Assembly (NCBI RefSeq): GCF_006345805.1
Contig: NC_043002.1
Coordinates: forward strand, 54,560,001-54,624,000
Source: Octopus sinensis
Lineage: Eukaryota
Reading direction: 5' to 3'
DNA length: 64,000 nucleotides
Made by a program: the position numbers and the translations under genes. Shown piece after piece: positions 1-11,529 of the stretch. The notes beneath the pieces were generated by a model, which saw nothing but the letters and a program-made list of their open reading frames with translations, did not search any database and was not told the origin of the DNA. Every line of letters begins with the position of its first letter. Positions within the stretch are counted from its first letter, which is position 1.

Positions 1-52
1 AGTAGTGGTGGTGGTAGTAGCAGCAGCAGCAACAGCAGCAGCAGTAGTAGTA

Positions 53-102
<50 letters not shown>

Positions 103-1169
103 TTGATGCCGGTGGTGATAGCCGAGAGACAGCACAAGCCATATAGGATGCCGTAGAATAGAAGTGGTGATGATGAAAATAGTATTAGGTCCTGTGGAGG
201 CGGCTCTTGTGTTTGTAATAATGACGGAGAGACAGCGACGGCAGTGGTGGTGGTGGTGATGGTGGTGGTGGTGGTGGTGGTGGTAGTAGTAGTAGTAGTG
301 TAGTAGTAGTAGTAGTAGTAGTGTCGTTGTTGTTGCTTATTAGGAAGCATGTATGAGTCAGTGTCTTCGGGAGTGTGCTCATGAAAATTCGTTTCAGCCT
401 GCATGTTAATTGGGAAGTGTGTGCGTGTGTGTGTATGCGTGCGTTCGTGCGCACGCACGTGTATGTATGTATGTATGTATGTATGTATGTATGTGTATAA
501 GTGTGTATGTATAAGTGTGTGAGTGTGTGTACGTGTGTGCGCGAGAAGTGCAACTTATTCAAGGAAAACGTGTGTGCGTCGTATAGAATAGTTGAAGCGC
601 GCGCTCGTGTGTGTGTGTACGTGTGCGTGTATGTACGTGAGCACGTGTGTATACGTGTGCGTGTATGCACGTGCGTACGTGTGTGTCTGTATGTAAATAC
701 GTTAATGAGTGAACTCCTCTGCGTGTTTGTGCTTGCAAGTATAGGTTTACTTAATAACTGCGTATATGAGCATCTGTGTGTGTGTGTGTGTGTGTGTGCG
801 TGTGTCTGTGTGAATGTGTATGTGTGTGCATGTGTGTGTGCATGTGTGCGTTTCTCCGTGTATGTATGTATATGTAGAAAATATGAGAGATAAAGAGAGT
901 GTGAAATAATAATAGTTATGCGTTTACTATGCATGTGCGTACGCACGTTCGCGGGCACGCGCGTACGTTCTATGTATTTCTTGCTAGTGTGTATACACGT
1001 GTATATGCGCGAGTACTTGTGTGTGTGTGTGTGTGTGTGTGGAAAATGTGTGTGTAATAACAATATCGATCCGAACGACAGAAGTGCATCTACTGCAGAG
1101 ATTGTAATAAGTATAAACAAAAGATGATTAATGTGCAATAGACATGCATCATGCATGTATGTTTATATA

Positions 1170-1206
<37 letters not shown>

Positions 1207-1220
1207 ATAATATATATAGT
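1..1220. repeat. Compound microsatellite / low-complexity tract: (AGT)n, (GGT)n, (GT)n, (ATGT)n, (AT)n
   Basis: Direct inspection; the ORFs here (poly-HT, poly-CV) are repeat translations. Confidence 0.95.
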
Positions 1221-1431
1221 ATAAAAATAGGTGAGTGCATCGACCTGTGTTGATGCATGTGAGTGGTATTTTACGTTAAGGGACAGATGTCGCTTCGGTA
1301 GAAATATTAATCGGCACGCCTGCAACTAGCAGTTAGCAACTAGCATTCGCCATCATGATCTCTCCTTCTTCCTTCTGTCTGTTTCTCTCCCTCCATCCCT
1401 CCCCCTCCATCTCTCTCTCTCTCCTTCACTT

Positions 1432-1568
1432 ATTCGCCATCTCTCCCACTCACGTTCTGCTTCGCTCTCTCTTTCTCTCACGCTCTATTTTGTTATCTCT
1501 CTCTTTCTCTCTCTCTCTATTACGCTATCTCTCCCCTTCTCTCTTTCATCTTTTGAATTCTCTAGCTG

Positions 1569-1614
<46 letters not shown>

Positions 1615-1670
1615 ATCTCGGCCTTCCAACCCTAATGGATGATGAAATGGGCTTCTGGGAGATGAAGGAA
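1432..1670 (+). repeat. Segment that recurs inverted at 3317-3586
   Basis: attcgccatctctcccactcacg...gggcttctgggagatgaaggaa is the reverse complement of 3317-3586, apart from (GA)n length and a few substitutions. Confidence 0.9.
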
Positions 1671-1869
1671 GAGACAGGAGAGTAAGAAGTGTGCTGGCAA
1701 CGAAATAAGAGGCAAAGGGAAAGAGCGACTATGAGCTGAAAATGAAAAGAGTGAGTGATAGAGAGTGCTGATGAAAGAGGGCTTGAGAAGGAGGAGTAGG
1801 AGGACGAGGAAGGGGAGGAGGAGAGAGTGAGAGAGAAAAAGAGCGGGAAGAAGTAAAGTAAGATAAAGG

Positions 1870-2650
1870 AGAAAAAAAAAAATGAAGATAGAAGTGAGAT
1901 GGGAAATAGGGAGACGAAATAGTAAGAGACGTTTTATTGATTGTGTGATTAATCAGTATGGGAAAAGATGATGATCAAGGATGATGATGACGATGGCGAT
2001 GACGACGGTGATGAAGCAAAAGATGATAATGATGATGAAAAAGACAAGGATGATATTGATGATGATGATGATGATGAGAGGAGAGGAGGAGGAGGAGGAC
2101 GACGACGACGACGACGAAGACGACGATGGGGATAGCGGTGATGTTGATGATGATGACGATGATAAAAAGATAAGATTGATAATGATGATTTTATTGTTAT
2201 TGATGATGAAGAAGAAAAATGATGATGATGATGATGATGAGGAGGAGGAGTAAGAAGAAAAAAAAAATGAAGATAGAAGTGAGATGGGAAATAGGGAGAC
2301 GAAATAGTAAGAGACGTTTTATTGATTGGGTGATAATCAGTATGGGAAAAGATGATGATCAAGGATGATGATGACGATGGCGATGACGACGGTGATGAAG
2401 CAAAAGATGATAATGATGATGAAAAAGACAAGGATGATATGATTGATGATGATGATGATGATGAGGAGGAGGAGGAGGAGGAGGAGGACGACGACGACGA
2501 CGACGAAGACGACGATGGGGATAGCGGTGATGTTGATGATGATGACGATGATAAAAAGATAAGATTGATAATGATGATTTTATTGTTATTGATGATGAAG
2601 AAGAAAATGATGATGATGATGATGATGAGGAGGAGGAGGAGAGGAGGAGG
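1870..2650. repeat. Tandem duplication of a ~390-bp (GAT/GAC/GAG)-rich unit
   Basis: aaaatgaagatagaagtgagatgggaaatagggagacg... starts at ~1875 and again at ~2262; the copies differ mainly by small indels. Confidence 0.9.
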
Positions 2651-2988
2651 ATTACAATGTTGTTAATGAGGAGAAAAGTGAAGAAGAAGGTGAAAATGAT
2701 GATGATGATGATGATGATGACGACGACGACGACGAACAATAACGATAAAGACGGATGGTGGAATAAAAAGGGAAACGTTAAAAAATAAATAAATAAAAGA
2801 ATCAAAGAAGAAAAGAAAACAGAAAGAAAGAGATGATAAAAGAAGGAAAGTGGGGTGATGGGGAATAAGGAGAAGCATCAAGCAAAAAAAGAATGAAGAG
2901 TGAAGGGGAAGAAAGACAGCATGGCTGCGAATGAGAAGATAAAATAAGAGAATGAAGAGACGAGAAACGATGTGGGGTCAAAGAATGA

Positions 2989-3023
<35 letters not shown>

Positions 3024-3316
3024 GCTATATGAGTGTGTTTGCATGTATGTGGCTCAGTAGTTAAGTAGTTTACGTCGCAATCATGCAATCCCGGTTCAGT
3101 TCCACTGCAAAGCAGCTGACGCAAGTGTGATTTGTCTGTAGTCTCAGATTGACTGAAGGTTTGTGAGTGAATTTGGACCGAGGAAAACTTTATGGCAAGC
3201 AAAAGCAATCTTTTTCGAGAAGCGGGCCACATGAGATATGGCTTGTCATCGGATGCGCTGCACTATTAAAACACATTGAAAATACTTTTTCGTAAATACT
3301 TTTTCGTACATACTTT

Positions 3317-3386
3317 TTCCTTCATCTCCCAGAAGCCCATTTCATCATCCATTAGGGTTGGAAGGCCGAGATATAAAGAGAGAGAG

Positions 3387-3445
<59 letters not shown>

Positions 3446-3586
3446 CAGCTAGAGAATTCAGAAGATGAAAGAGAGAAGGGGAGAGATAGCGTAATAGAGA
3501 GAGAGAGAGAAAAAGAGAGAGATAACAAAATAGAGCGTGAGAGAAAGAGAGAGCGAAGCAGAACGTGAGTGGGAGAGATGGCGAAT
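3317..3586 (-). repeat. Inverted copy of 1432-1670
   Basis: Reverse-complement match; preceded by three tandem copies of aatactttttcgta (3281-3320). Confidence 0.9.
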
Positions 3587-3903
3587 TCAGATCGCCCGTG
3601 ACTGCTTTATGAGAACGTTGCCCACATTTCTGAGGAATATTCAGCCATTTACCCGTTAGCTCAACGAGTAGTTAGTTCAGAGTATCGAACAACGGAACCC
3701 TCTTTGTCGAACCTGACGGGTATCTATTTTTTCTTTTCTTTTTTTTCCTTTTTACTTTTTAATTTTTAGACTCCATAAAGCAGCGGTCTCGAAACTTATT
3801 TTTTGGCGGAAAACCCATAGTACGGTTTTCCGAAAATCTCAGAAATCATAACTATATTTTCAGACAACCCTTACCACAGCAACCTTAATCTTACATTCAA
3901 TGA

Positions 3904-4118
3904 AGGCGGCGAGCGAACAGAATTGCTAGCATGCCAGGCAAAAAATGCTTAGCGGCATTTCGTCCATCTTCACGTTTTGAGTTCAAATTCCACCGAGGTC
4001 GACAATACTTTTCATCCTTTTGGAGTCGATGAAATAAATACCAGTTGAGCACTGGGGTCAATGCAATCGACTTACCCTGCACTGGAATTTTTGGCCTTGT
4101 GTGCCAAAATTTGTAACT
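3904..4118 (+). mobile_element. SINE family A (Nin/Deu-domain-like core)
   Basis: ggcggcgagc...gagttcaaattccaccgaggtcgac...tttcatcctt..ggagtcgat..aaataccag; the core resembles the Deu/Nin SINE domain (GCCTTTCATCCTTcCGaGGTCGATAAA..AGTACCAG). Many copies occur in the window. Confidence 0.75.
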
Positions 4119-4214
4119 AATATTACATTTAATGAAACAAATATTGTTTGGTTATGAAGTTTGCCATGCAAGGTCCCGGTTTCGCCTCCCATTTGGAGGA
4201 ATTTGCCTCTATAG

Positions 4215-4590
4215 GCTGTATGGTTAGAAAGCTTACCTAGCTGATATATGGCTTCAGGTTCAGTCCCACTGTGCTATATTTTAAGAAAGTGTCTTTTACT
4301 ATAATCGCGGGTCGATAATACTATTTTAGTTAATTTAGTAGATGGGAACTGTGGAAACCTATCAAGTGTGCACATATGTGTATTTTGTGTTTGTGTTTGC
4401 ACCCCTCACACCACCGCTTGACAAACAGCGTTGGTTTGTTTACGCCCTGTAACTTAGTGGTTAGTCAAAAAGAAACCGATAGAATAAGTGCCAGACATAA
4501 AGAAAATAAGTACTCAAATCGATCTGTTCGTTTAAAATCATTCCAGGCAGTACCCCATCATGGCCGTAGTCCAGTGACAAATGAGTAAAA
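4215..4590 (+). mobile_element. SINE family B, degenerate copy
   Basis: ggctgtatggttag...ggttcagtcccactg...aaaagaaaccgatagaataagtg...catggccgtagtc aligns with the better copies at 26636 and 60458. Confidence 0.7.
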
Positions 4591-4699
4591 TTATATATTA
4601 AAAAAAAAAAGATATAAAACAAAATCCTAATTAATTATTTTGGAAATGAAAAATATTTTTTATAAACTAAATTTTAACCCGCCTTATCTCGCAGAAACT

Positions 4700-5055
4700 T
4701 AAACTTGAGTTCAAATTTCGCCGAGGTCGACTTTGCTTTTCATCCTTTCGGGGTTGATAAATTAAGTACCAGTGTAATACTGGGGTAGATGTAATTGACT
4801 AGTACCTTCCCCAAAATTTCGGGCCTTGTGCCTTCAGTAGAAAGGATTATTATTATCATTATTACATAAGGCGGCGAGCTTATGTAATCGACTCCAGTGT
4901 TGAAGGGGTCGATGCAATCGACCCAACATCCTCCCCCCAATTTGCTGCCCTTGTAGCAAAGTTTGAAACCATTATTATCGTTATTTAAGGCGGTGAGCTG
5001 GCAGAATTGTTAGCACCCCGGGCTTAGCCGCATTTCGTCCGTCCTTACGTTCTTA
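4700..5055 (+). mobile_element. Cluster of SINE family A fragments separated by (ATT)n
   Basis: gagttcaaatttcgccgaggtcgactttgcttttcatcctttcggggttgataaattaagtaccag, plus two further aaggcgg(c/t)gagct heads. Confidence 0.75.
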
Positions 5056-6911
5056 TTGCAGTTCTTGTGGGGAAGGTGTCTGGACAACCAGCAGGACTAA
5101 AAACAAGGACTATCAAAACATTTCGACGTTTAAAAAGAAATCCCATTATATTCTTATAGTTAATTATTGTTAGGAATTGAATAAAAATATTTTGTGTTTA
5201 GTAGAAGGACAACCAATTTATTGCAGATAAATTTTAACAACAAAATCTTTTATGACCCTAAGGGCCATATAGACTCCGGTTCAGGGGTCCATATGGCCAC
5301 AGCTTGTCAACCTGTGCTGGTTTGCTTACGTCCTCGTAACTTAGCGCTTCGGCAAAAGAACCGATAGAATTAAGTACCAGAGGAAAAAAGTATTGCGGCG
5401 ATTTGCTCGACTAAACCCTTCAAAGTGATGACCCAGCATGATCGCAGTCTAATGACCGACACAAGTGAAAGATAAAAGATAGCTAAGTTAGAGAAAAAAC
5501 AGCAGAGTTTATGACCATTGCTAGAGACTTCGGGAATGGGTAGAAGACATTTTGGTACAGCCGATTCACATCGCTTATTTTTGCATCGCCTATTTGGCAT
5601 CGCTGATTCGATGCTGATTTATTTTACGTTAAAGGTTTAAGGTTTCTCTTGTTCTCTCTTCCCTCACTCGGTTTATGTGTATGAGCATATTTCTATTTGT
5701 GTATAAAGAGAAGATACGTGTTCATGCCAATCGTGTGCCGCTTATACATTATAATGTCTCTTTCTCCCCTCTCTAATGCTCTCTATATCTGCATATATAT
5801 TTCTGCGTGCGCATACATGCTTGCCTTCAGAGCTGAAATGTACTGCCACTAAGACAGGTTCAATGTCCAGTCAGCCGTGGCAAATAACCAGCATGCTAAA
5901 AGACGCTCCCAATCGTTTCATTCTATCTAGGAATGATGGAAGGAATTGAGGAAGTTATTCACAGGTTAGAAAACTGGCTCGAATGTTTACAGCAGAGTGG
6001 ACACTCTCTTAAAAGGTAACCAAGGACCAGATAGAAGTTCAGTTAAATAAGCCAACGAATGAAGTTTTCTGCACAAGAACAAGAACTGTCATTCCCACTG
6101 TTAGATTTTACAGTTTGCGTCTGCCAAAATTTCACTCAGTAGGCTGTCGTCTAGCTAGGGCTATGCTAGAAGACACGTACCCAAGGTGTTACGCAATGAG
6201 AACAAATCTAATACCATATAGATTCGAAGCATAATTACTTGCAAGAGATTTTATCTATCTTCTTATTCGGCCACTAACATATCTAAAGGCTGATTTCTAA
6301 GTTCGGAACAAGACCACAGGTTTATAGGGAAGAACACAAACCTCGGGACATTATTAATACTTTTCATTGTAGAATCTTTAAAGCGCTAGACAAAATATTT
6401 TGCAGTTATTTAGGCTCTTCACGTTCCGAATTTAAAACTAACTGAAGTTATTTTGACCTTTCAGTCTTCAAGGTCGATAACAAAGTACCGATTAAACACT
6501 GCGGCTGATTTATATTTTTAAAATAGAATATAGATATAGAGACACAAGTTGTGATTTTATGAAAGATTGTGTCGGGAAATATTTTTACACTTTTCATGTC
6601 TTATTTTATGTGTAAATTCATTTATGGTTTTATTAGGTATTTTTTTTATCATAGAATAACTTTCAGCTTTGAAGCGATTACTCTGTCATATAAATATACT
6701 CATGTGTACTTAAGCGATTTTTATTGAATTATTTACCACAGATATCGTAGTGGCTTGCTTTTTCTCTTGTTTGAGTGTGTGTAGTTGAGCGACGTCCTTC
6801 AGAGAATGATTTAATCACAGATACAGGAGATATGGTTTCTCTCCTGTACGACTGCGTTTGTGTATAGACCAACCCTGGCGAATTGCAAAGTTGAACTCAG
6901 AACAAATATTA

Positions 6912-7365
6912 ATTTCAAATTTTGGTACAAGGTCAGCAATTTCGGGGGAGGGGTTAAGTCGATAACATCGACCCAGTTTCCAGCTGGCATTTATATAATC
7001 GACCCCGGAACGCTAAAAGGCAAAATCAACCTCGGTGGAATTTGAACTCAGAACGAAAAGACCGATGAGATGCTGCTTAGCAATTTTCTCGGCGTGCTAA
7101 CGATTCCACCAGTTCGCCGCTCGAGGAAGAAGTTAATATTGATTTCTAAGAAGGCGACGATCTGGTAGAATCGTTAGGAGACCTGGCAAAATGCTTAGCG
7201 GCATTTTGTCCGTTTTTGCGGTCTGAGTTCAAATTTCGCCGAAGTTGACTTTGCCTTTCATTCTCTTGATGTCGATAAAATAAGTATCAGTTAGGTACTG
7301 GGGTCTATGTAATGGACTTATCTCCTCCCTCGAAATTGCTGACCTTGCGCCAGAATTTGAATCCA
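6912..7365. mobile_element. Head-to-head pair of SINE family A copies (6912-7120 minus; 7150-7365 plus)
   Basis: Both orientations of the gagttcaaatt.cgccgag..gactttgcctttcat core are present. Confidence 0.75.
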
Positions 7366-9433
7366 ATATTAATTTCGAGAATCGGCGCAGGGCTGCATAT
7401 TTATAGGGAGGGAGTAATCAATTAAATGGACCCAAATATTTTACTTTCAGTGTAACACCATCTCTTGCATTATCGGGACATTTAAGAGAGCCTTCTCTGT
7501 TGTAAGAATTCGGGCTAGGCCTTCTGTCTGAGGCTAACTTTAAGGATAACTTTCTCCCACCGTGGCTGGTGGGAGATGTTATCCTTTGTGTGTATGTGTG
7601 TGTGTATGTGTGTGTGTGTGTGTATGTGTGTGTGTGTGTGTGTGTGGTGTGTGTGTATGTAAAGAAATACACACACACACACACTCTATATATATATACA
7701 TATATATATATATAATATTGGATAACATTTTCAAAAACTTTTTATCAGTAGCAAGCATATTAAAAATACCTTTTAAGGTAAAAATTATAAACAGCTTTAT
7801 AAATAAGGGCCAAAAAAAAAATCCCATACCAAATATGCTGAAAATAAACTTTAAATCGTCAAAAACTACATATAATTCATCACTATAAGCAGGCGTCTCG
7901 AAGCAAGCTGACAGAAATTTCTAAAAAAAATTCCGTTATTACCGAATCGATCTGATTTCTGAGTTAATTCATAATTAACTTGTGCCAAAATTTGGAACTT
8001 TATTACCGATGTGATATCCTATCGTATATGCAGATCTTTCACCTGAGGTATTTTCTGTTAGCCATATAGACAATATTCATAATTAATGTCACTATTTTCT
8101 CCCTGTTTTTGTATATTTCTAATTCTTGACAACTCGACAGGAATAAACTTCCCTGAAGAAATCTAATAAAACTGAAACATACTCGTTACTTTCACAAATT
8201 GGTTTTAAAGACCCTTCTGCATCGTCCTAATTTTACAAAACTTTAGGTCATCTGACTTTACTGGAGTTATCTTGCTTGTTTATTGCTTTTAAATTCTACT
8301 AAATCCTACACTAATTATCTTAGTTAATCGGAGTTTTTCAACACACTAAACTACATTGTATTATATATGTAAGACAGTACTCTGTCTGTATCTAGCATTC
8401 AAATGCATCCTTAAGTTACTTACCTTCGGTTATATGGCTCAAGATATCGTGTCAATGCGATGTATTTTGCAAGGCTTTCGATGGATGGAAAGCAAACAAG
8501 TTTGTGAAATGTTATTTTTATTGTAGTATTAGTTGTTTTAGATTGCTAACCGATGAGAATATCTCTTATTATAAAAGGCAGATTTTATCTGCCTCCCTTT
8601 GGGAGTTATAGAAATCTACAATATAGGATTTCTTCAATTACAATTTACCTAGCATTTTTAAGAGTAGAATGCATCGGGTCATACCAGGTCCAGTTTTTAA
8701 AATTTAAACTCCAATTAAGCAAAATTTACAGAAAACTCACATTCTGGTGTTATGTCAAATGCTTTTCTTAGTCTGGTTTACAGCACACGCAAACGCACAC
8801 ACCACAGTGTGCAACGAATAAAATGAAAGTAAATAGCGACAGAGTGATTTGAGGAAGACTAAACTGAAAGTATTTAAACCACTACTCAAAAAATAAAGAA
8901 ACACAGCAAACAGAAACAAATAAATACATAACGATTTACTCCTCACACAATTTCTTCAATTAGAGTGTACCCATGATTTTTCAGAGTACTTCAGTGGGTG
9001 ATGCCATAAAAAATTTCTTTCAATTTTACCACCAATTAAGACAAAATTCGAGAAAACTCAATATTTTAACATATCACTCCGAAAGCATTGATGTACATGT
9101 GTGCGTGCGTGAGTGTGTGTGTGTCATTCCTCACACACACGCATACACATACATATACAACTACATACAACTACATACAAACACGTGTGTGTTTGTTATT
9201 AGTAAAAAAGGCGCCAAAAGACAACTCACTTATCATTCCAACACATTTGCAAAGACACACGGACGGACAGAAAAGGTAAATTGGTTTTTATTTTACTCTG
9301 TATATATTTTATTATATAATATTATATATAGATATATGTAATATAATTGCAGTATGAAACAGTGTTTATGTATAAACAGACGACACTTATATATAGTTAT
9401 TATAATAAGAGATTAATAAATGTATGCATCCGT

Positions 9434-9750
9434 TTAACCCTTTCGTTACCAAGCCGCCCGAATTTACCTATTCATATTTAAATGAGAATATCAGAGCAAA
9501 TCTCTTTAGTACATTCGTGAAAACACGTATTATACTTCGTAAACACTTCAAATACAGTTTTGTACAAAAATCGAAGTGTAATTTTAATTCCGTGAATTAT
9601 GGGAGATTTTTTTCCGAAATTTGTTCCTATTGTGTTTTCAAAATTTGTAATTCTGACAAAAAATGGATACGAATTTCATTATATCAAGCAGCGAGTCAGA
9701 ATTCGAAGGATTTTCTACTGAAGACCTTCATAAATCTAACTCTATGACTG
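9434..9750 (+). mobile_element. Possible piggyBac-type MITE left end
   Basis: TTAA followed by CCCTTTCGTTACC; no matching right end found. Confidence 0.3.
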
Positions 9751-9763
9751 AAAAAAAAAAGCA

Positions 9764-10156
9764 TCTTATATAAGAGTGAAGTTGTGTGTCTGTCTCCTAC
9801 GATTTAGATTCCTAACTACTCCCACATTTTGCGGTGCAGTTTAACCAAAAGCGGGTATCTTATAGTCGTGATTCATATCGAGCCCTTCTGGGTATTAGCG
9901 TGCGTCTACGATGAGTCTACGATTTAAAAAAAATTTACCATCATATTTTTCCATTTTAATGCATTTTTTCGCTTTTAGATAAGGGAAGTAACTCTCTAAA
10001 AATATCTACGATGTGTCAACGATTTTTAAAAAAATTTACCTTAATTTTTTTTCAATTTTTAATGCATTTTTTTGCTATTTTTTGGCTATAACTCTCTAAA
10101 AATGCTTATATAGTTATTTCCCTTACAACCCGAGCAACGCCGGGCGATACTGCTAG
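9764..10156 (+). mobile_element. Complete non-autonomous Helitron (~393 bp)
   Basis: Starts A|TC (9764), has a 3' GC hairpin cccgagcaacgccggg (10129-10144) about 12 nt from the end, ends CTAG|T (10153-10156), no TSD; internal ~90-bp duplication (ctacgatg.gtc.acgattt..aaaaaaatttacc). Confidence 0.9.
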
Positions 10157-10174
10157 TAAGTTATAAACCAACCC

Positions 10175-10400
10175 AATATAGGTTGCTATATGACGAAATA
10201 CAAGTTGCTAACTAACGCGTTGATAGGTTGCTAACAGACGAAACATATAATATTATGTGACGGATTGCTAACAGACGGAATGTAGGCTGCTATCTGAGAG
10301 AATATATGTCGTTATCCAACGGAATACAGGTTTTTAACAGACGGCCTGTAAGTTGCTATTCGACGGAAACAATGTTATTAATAGAAGAACTACACGTTGT
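10175..10400. repeat. Degenerate ~23-bp minisatellite (consensus ~AGGTTGCTAACAGACGGAATAT)
   Basis: About 9 diverged units of ggttgcta....gacg.aata; a stray unit at ~10745. Confidence 0.7.
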
Positions 10401-10784
10401 GAAACACCAGTATATAATTGTGCACCGCAGGAGGTATCTTGGTGCATAGCATTTTCTTTTTAAATATAATTCGAAAATCTAGAATTAATGCGTGAGCTTC
10501 TTGAAAAAAATACGTTTTTTATAATTTTGTTATACACAAGTATGATTAATAAGATAAAGAAAGAAGCTATTAGTTTTTTTTATATTTTTCCGTATTTTTA
10601 ACTTCAAAAATATTTTTTAGATTTGATCCACAATGCGTCACAAATCAAAAATAGCATATGGGTTTTTAATTTGTGATATGCAGGGTGCAAACCCACAGAA
10701 AATAGATTGTTGTTATAATTTGCTGTTGGAAGAAACATGAAATGCCATCCAACGGAATACAGGTTCTCTATCACATAGAATCTT

Positions 10785-11150
10785 TTATCTTTTATTTGTT
10801 TTAGTCTTTGACCCGTGGTCAATCTGGGGGATCGCTTTGAAGGGTTTAGTCGAACAAATCGATCTTAGTGCTTCTTTTTAAAGCCTAGTACTTATTCTAT
10901 CGGCCTCTTTTGCTGAATTGCTAAGTTACCGAGACGTAAACAAACTAATACCGATTAGGCGGGGGTGGGGAAAAGCACACACACAACATTAGATGGGCTT
11001 CTTTCAGATTCCGTCTATCAAATCCACTCATAAGGCTTTGGTCGGCCCGTGGCAATTGTAGAAGATACTTGCTCAAGGTGCCACGCTGTGGGACGGAAAC
11101 CGGAACTAAGTGGTTTTGGATCAAGCTTCTTATCACTTAGCCATGCCTGC
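10785..11150 (-). mobile_element. SINE family B
   Basis: Reverse complement of the head, cttgagcaagt CORE-like motif, body and (TAAAA)-type tail. Confidence 0.8.
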
Positions 11151-11529
11151 AGCTGTACACGAAAGGCTTCACATAGTTTATTCTAAGGGGAAAAAAATCC
11201 GTTTATTGTTTATGCTTAGGACTATCGTCAACACCACATTTTAAGACGAGGCCCGTGTTGAGAAAACGTTCTAAGTGGACCAGTTGGCATAGGTCTACGA
11301 TTTTGAAGGCTATTTCTTCCACTAGTTAAATAGAAAGACCCTTTGCTAAAGAATTATCATATTTCTAAACTAACGATGGCCAACATGCGGCTCTGAACTG
11401 TTGTATTTTCGTCTCTCAAGATAATATTAGGTGTTAGTACTACTTTCCTATGGCAAACTTAATATTCCATCGACCGGATTTAAAAATATTAACAGTAAAC
11501 ATGAAGGCTCAATAAAAACATCTAACGAT

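Noticed and set aside
185-1156. 323-aa ORF and other His/Thr, Cys/Val and Tyr/Ile-rich ORFs throughout the window
   Set aside because: Translations of (CA)n, (GT)n, (AT)n and (ATGT)n microsatellites, which lack stop codons; no domain content.
1981-2666. Asp/Glu-rich ORFs resembling acidic biomineralisation proteins
   Set aside because: Degenerate (GAT)n repeats; frames shift between near-identical copies; no signal peptide or splice structure seen.
8140-8190. ctgaagaa...gaaac hammerhead-like spacing (also ~62520)
   Set aside because: Stems I and II do not pair convincingly.
10175-10400. CRISPR-like array
   Set aside because: Eukaryotic context, contiguous degenerate units without unique spacers, no cas genes.
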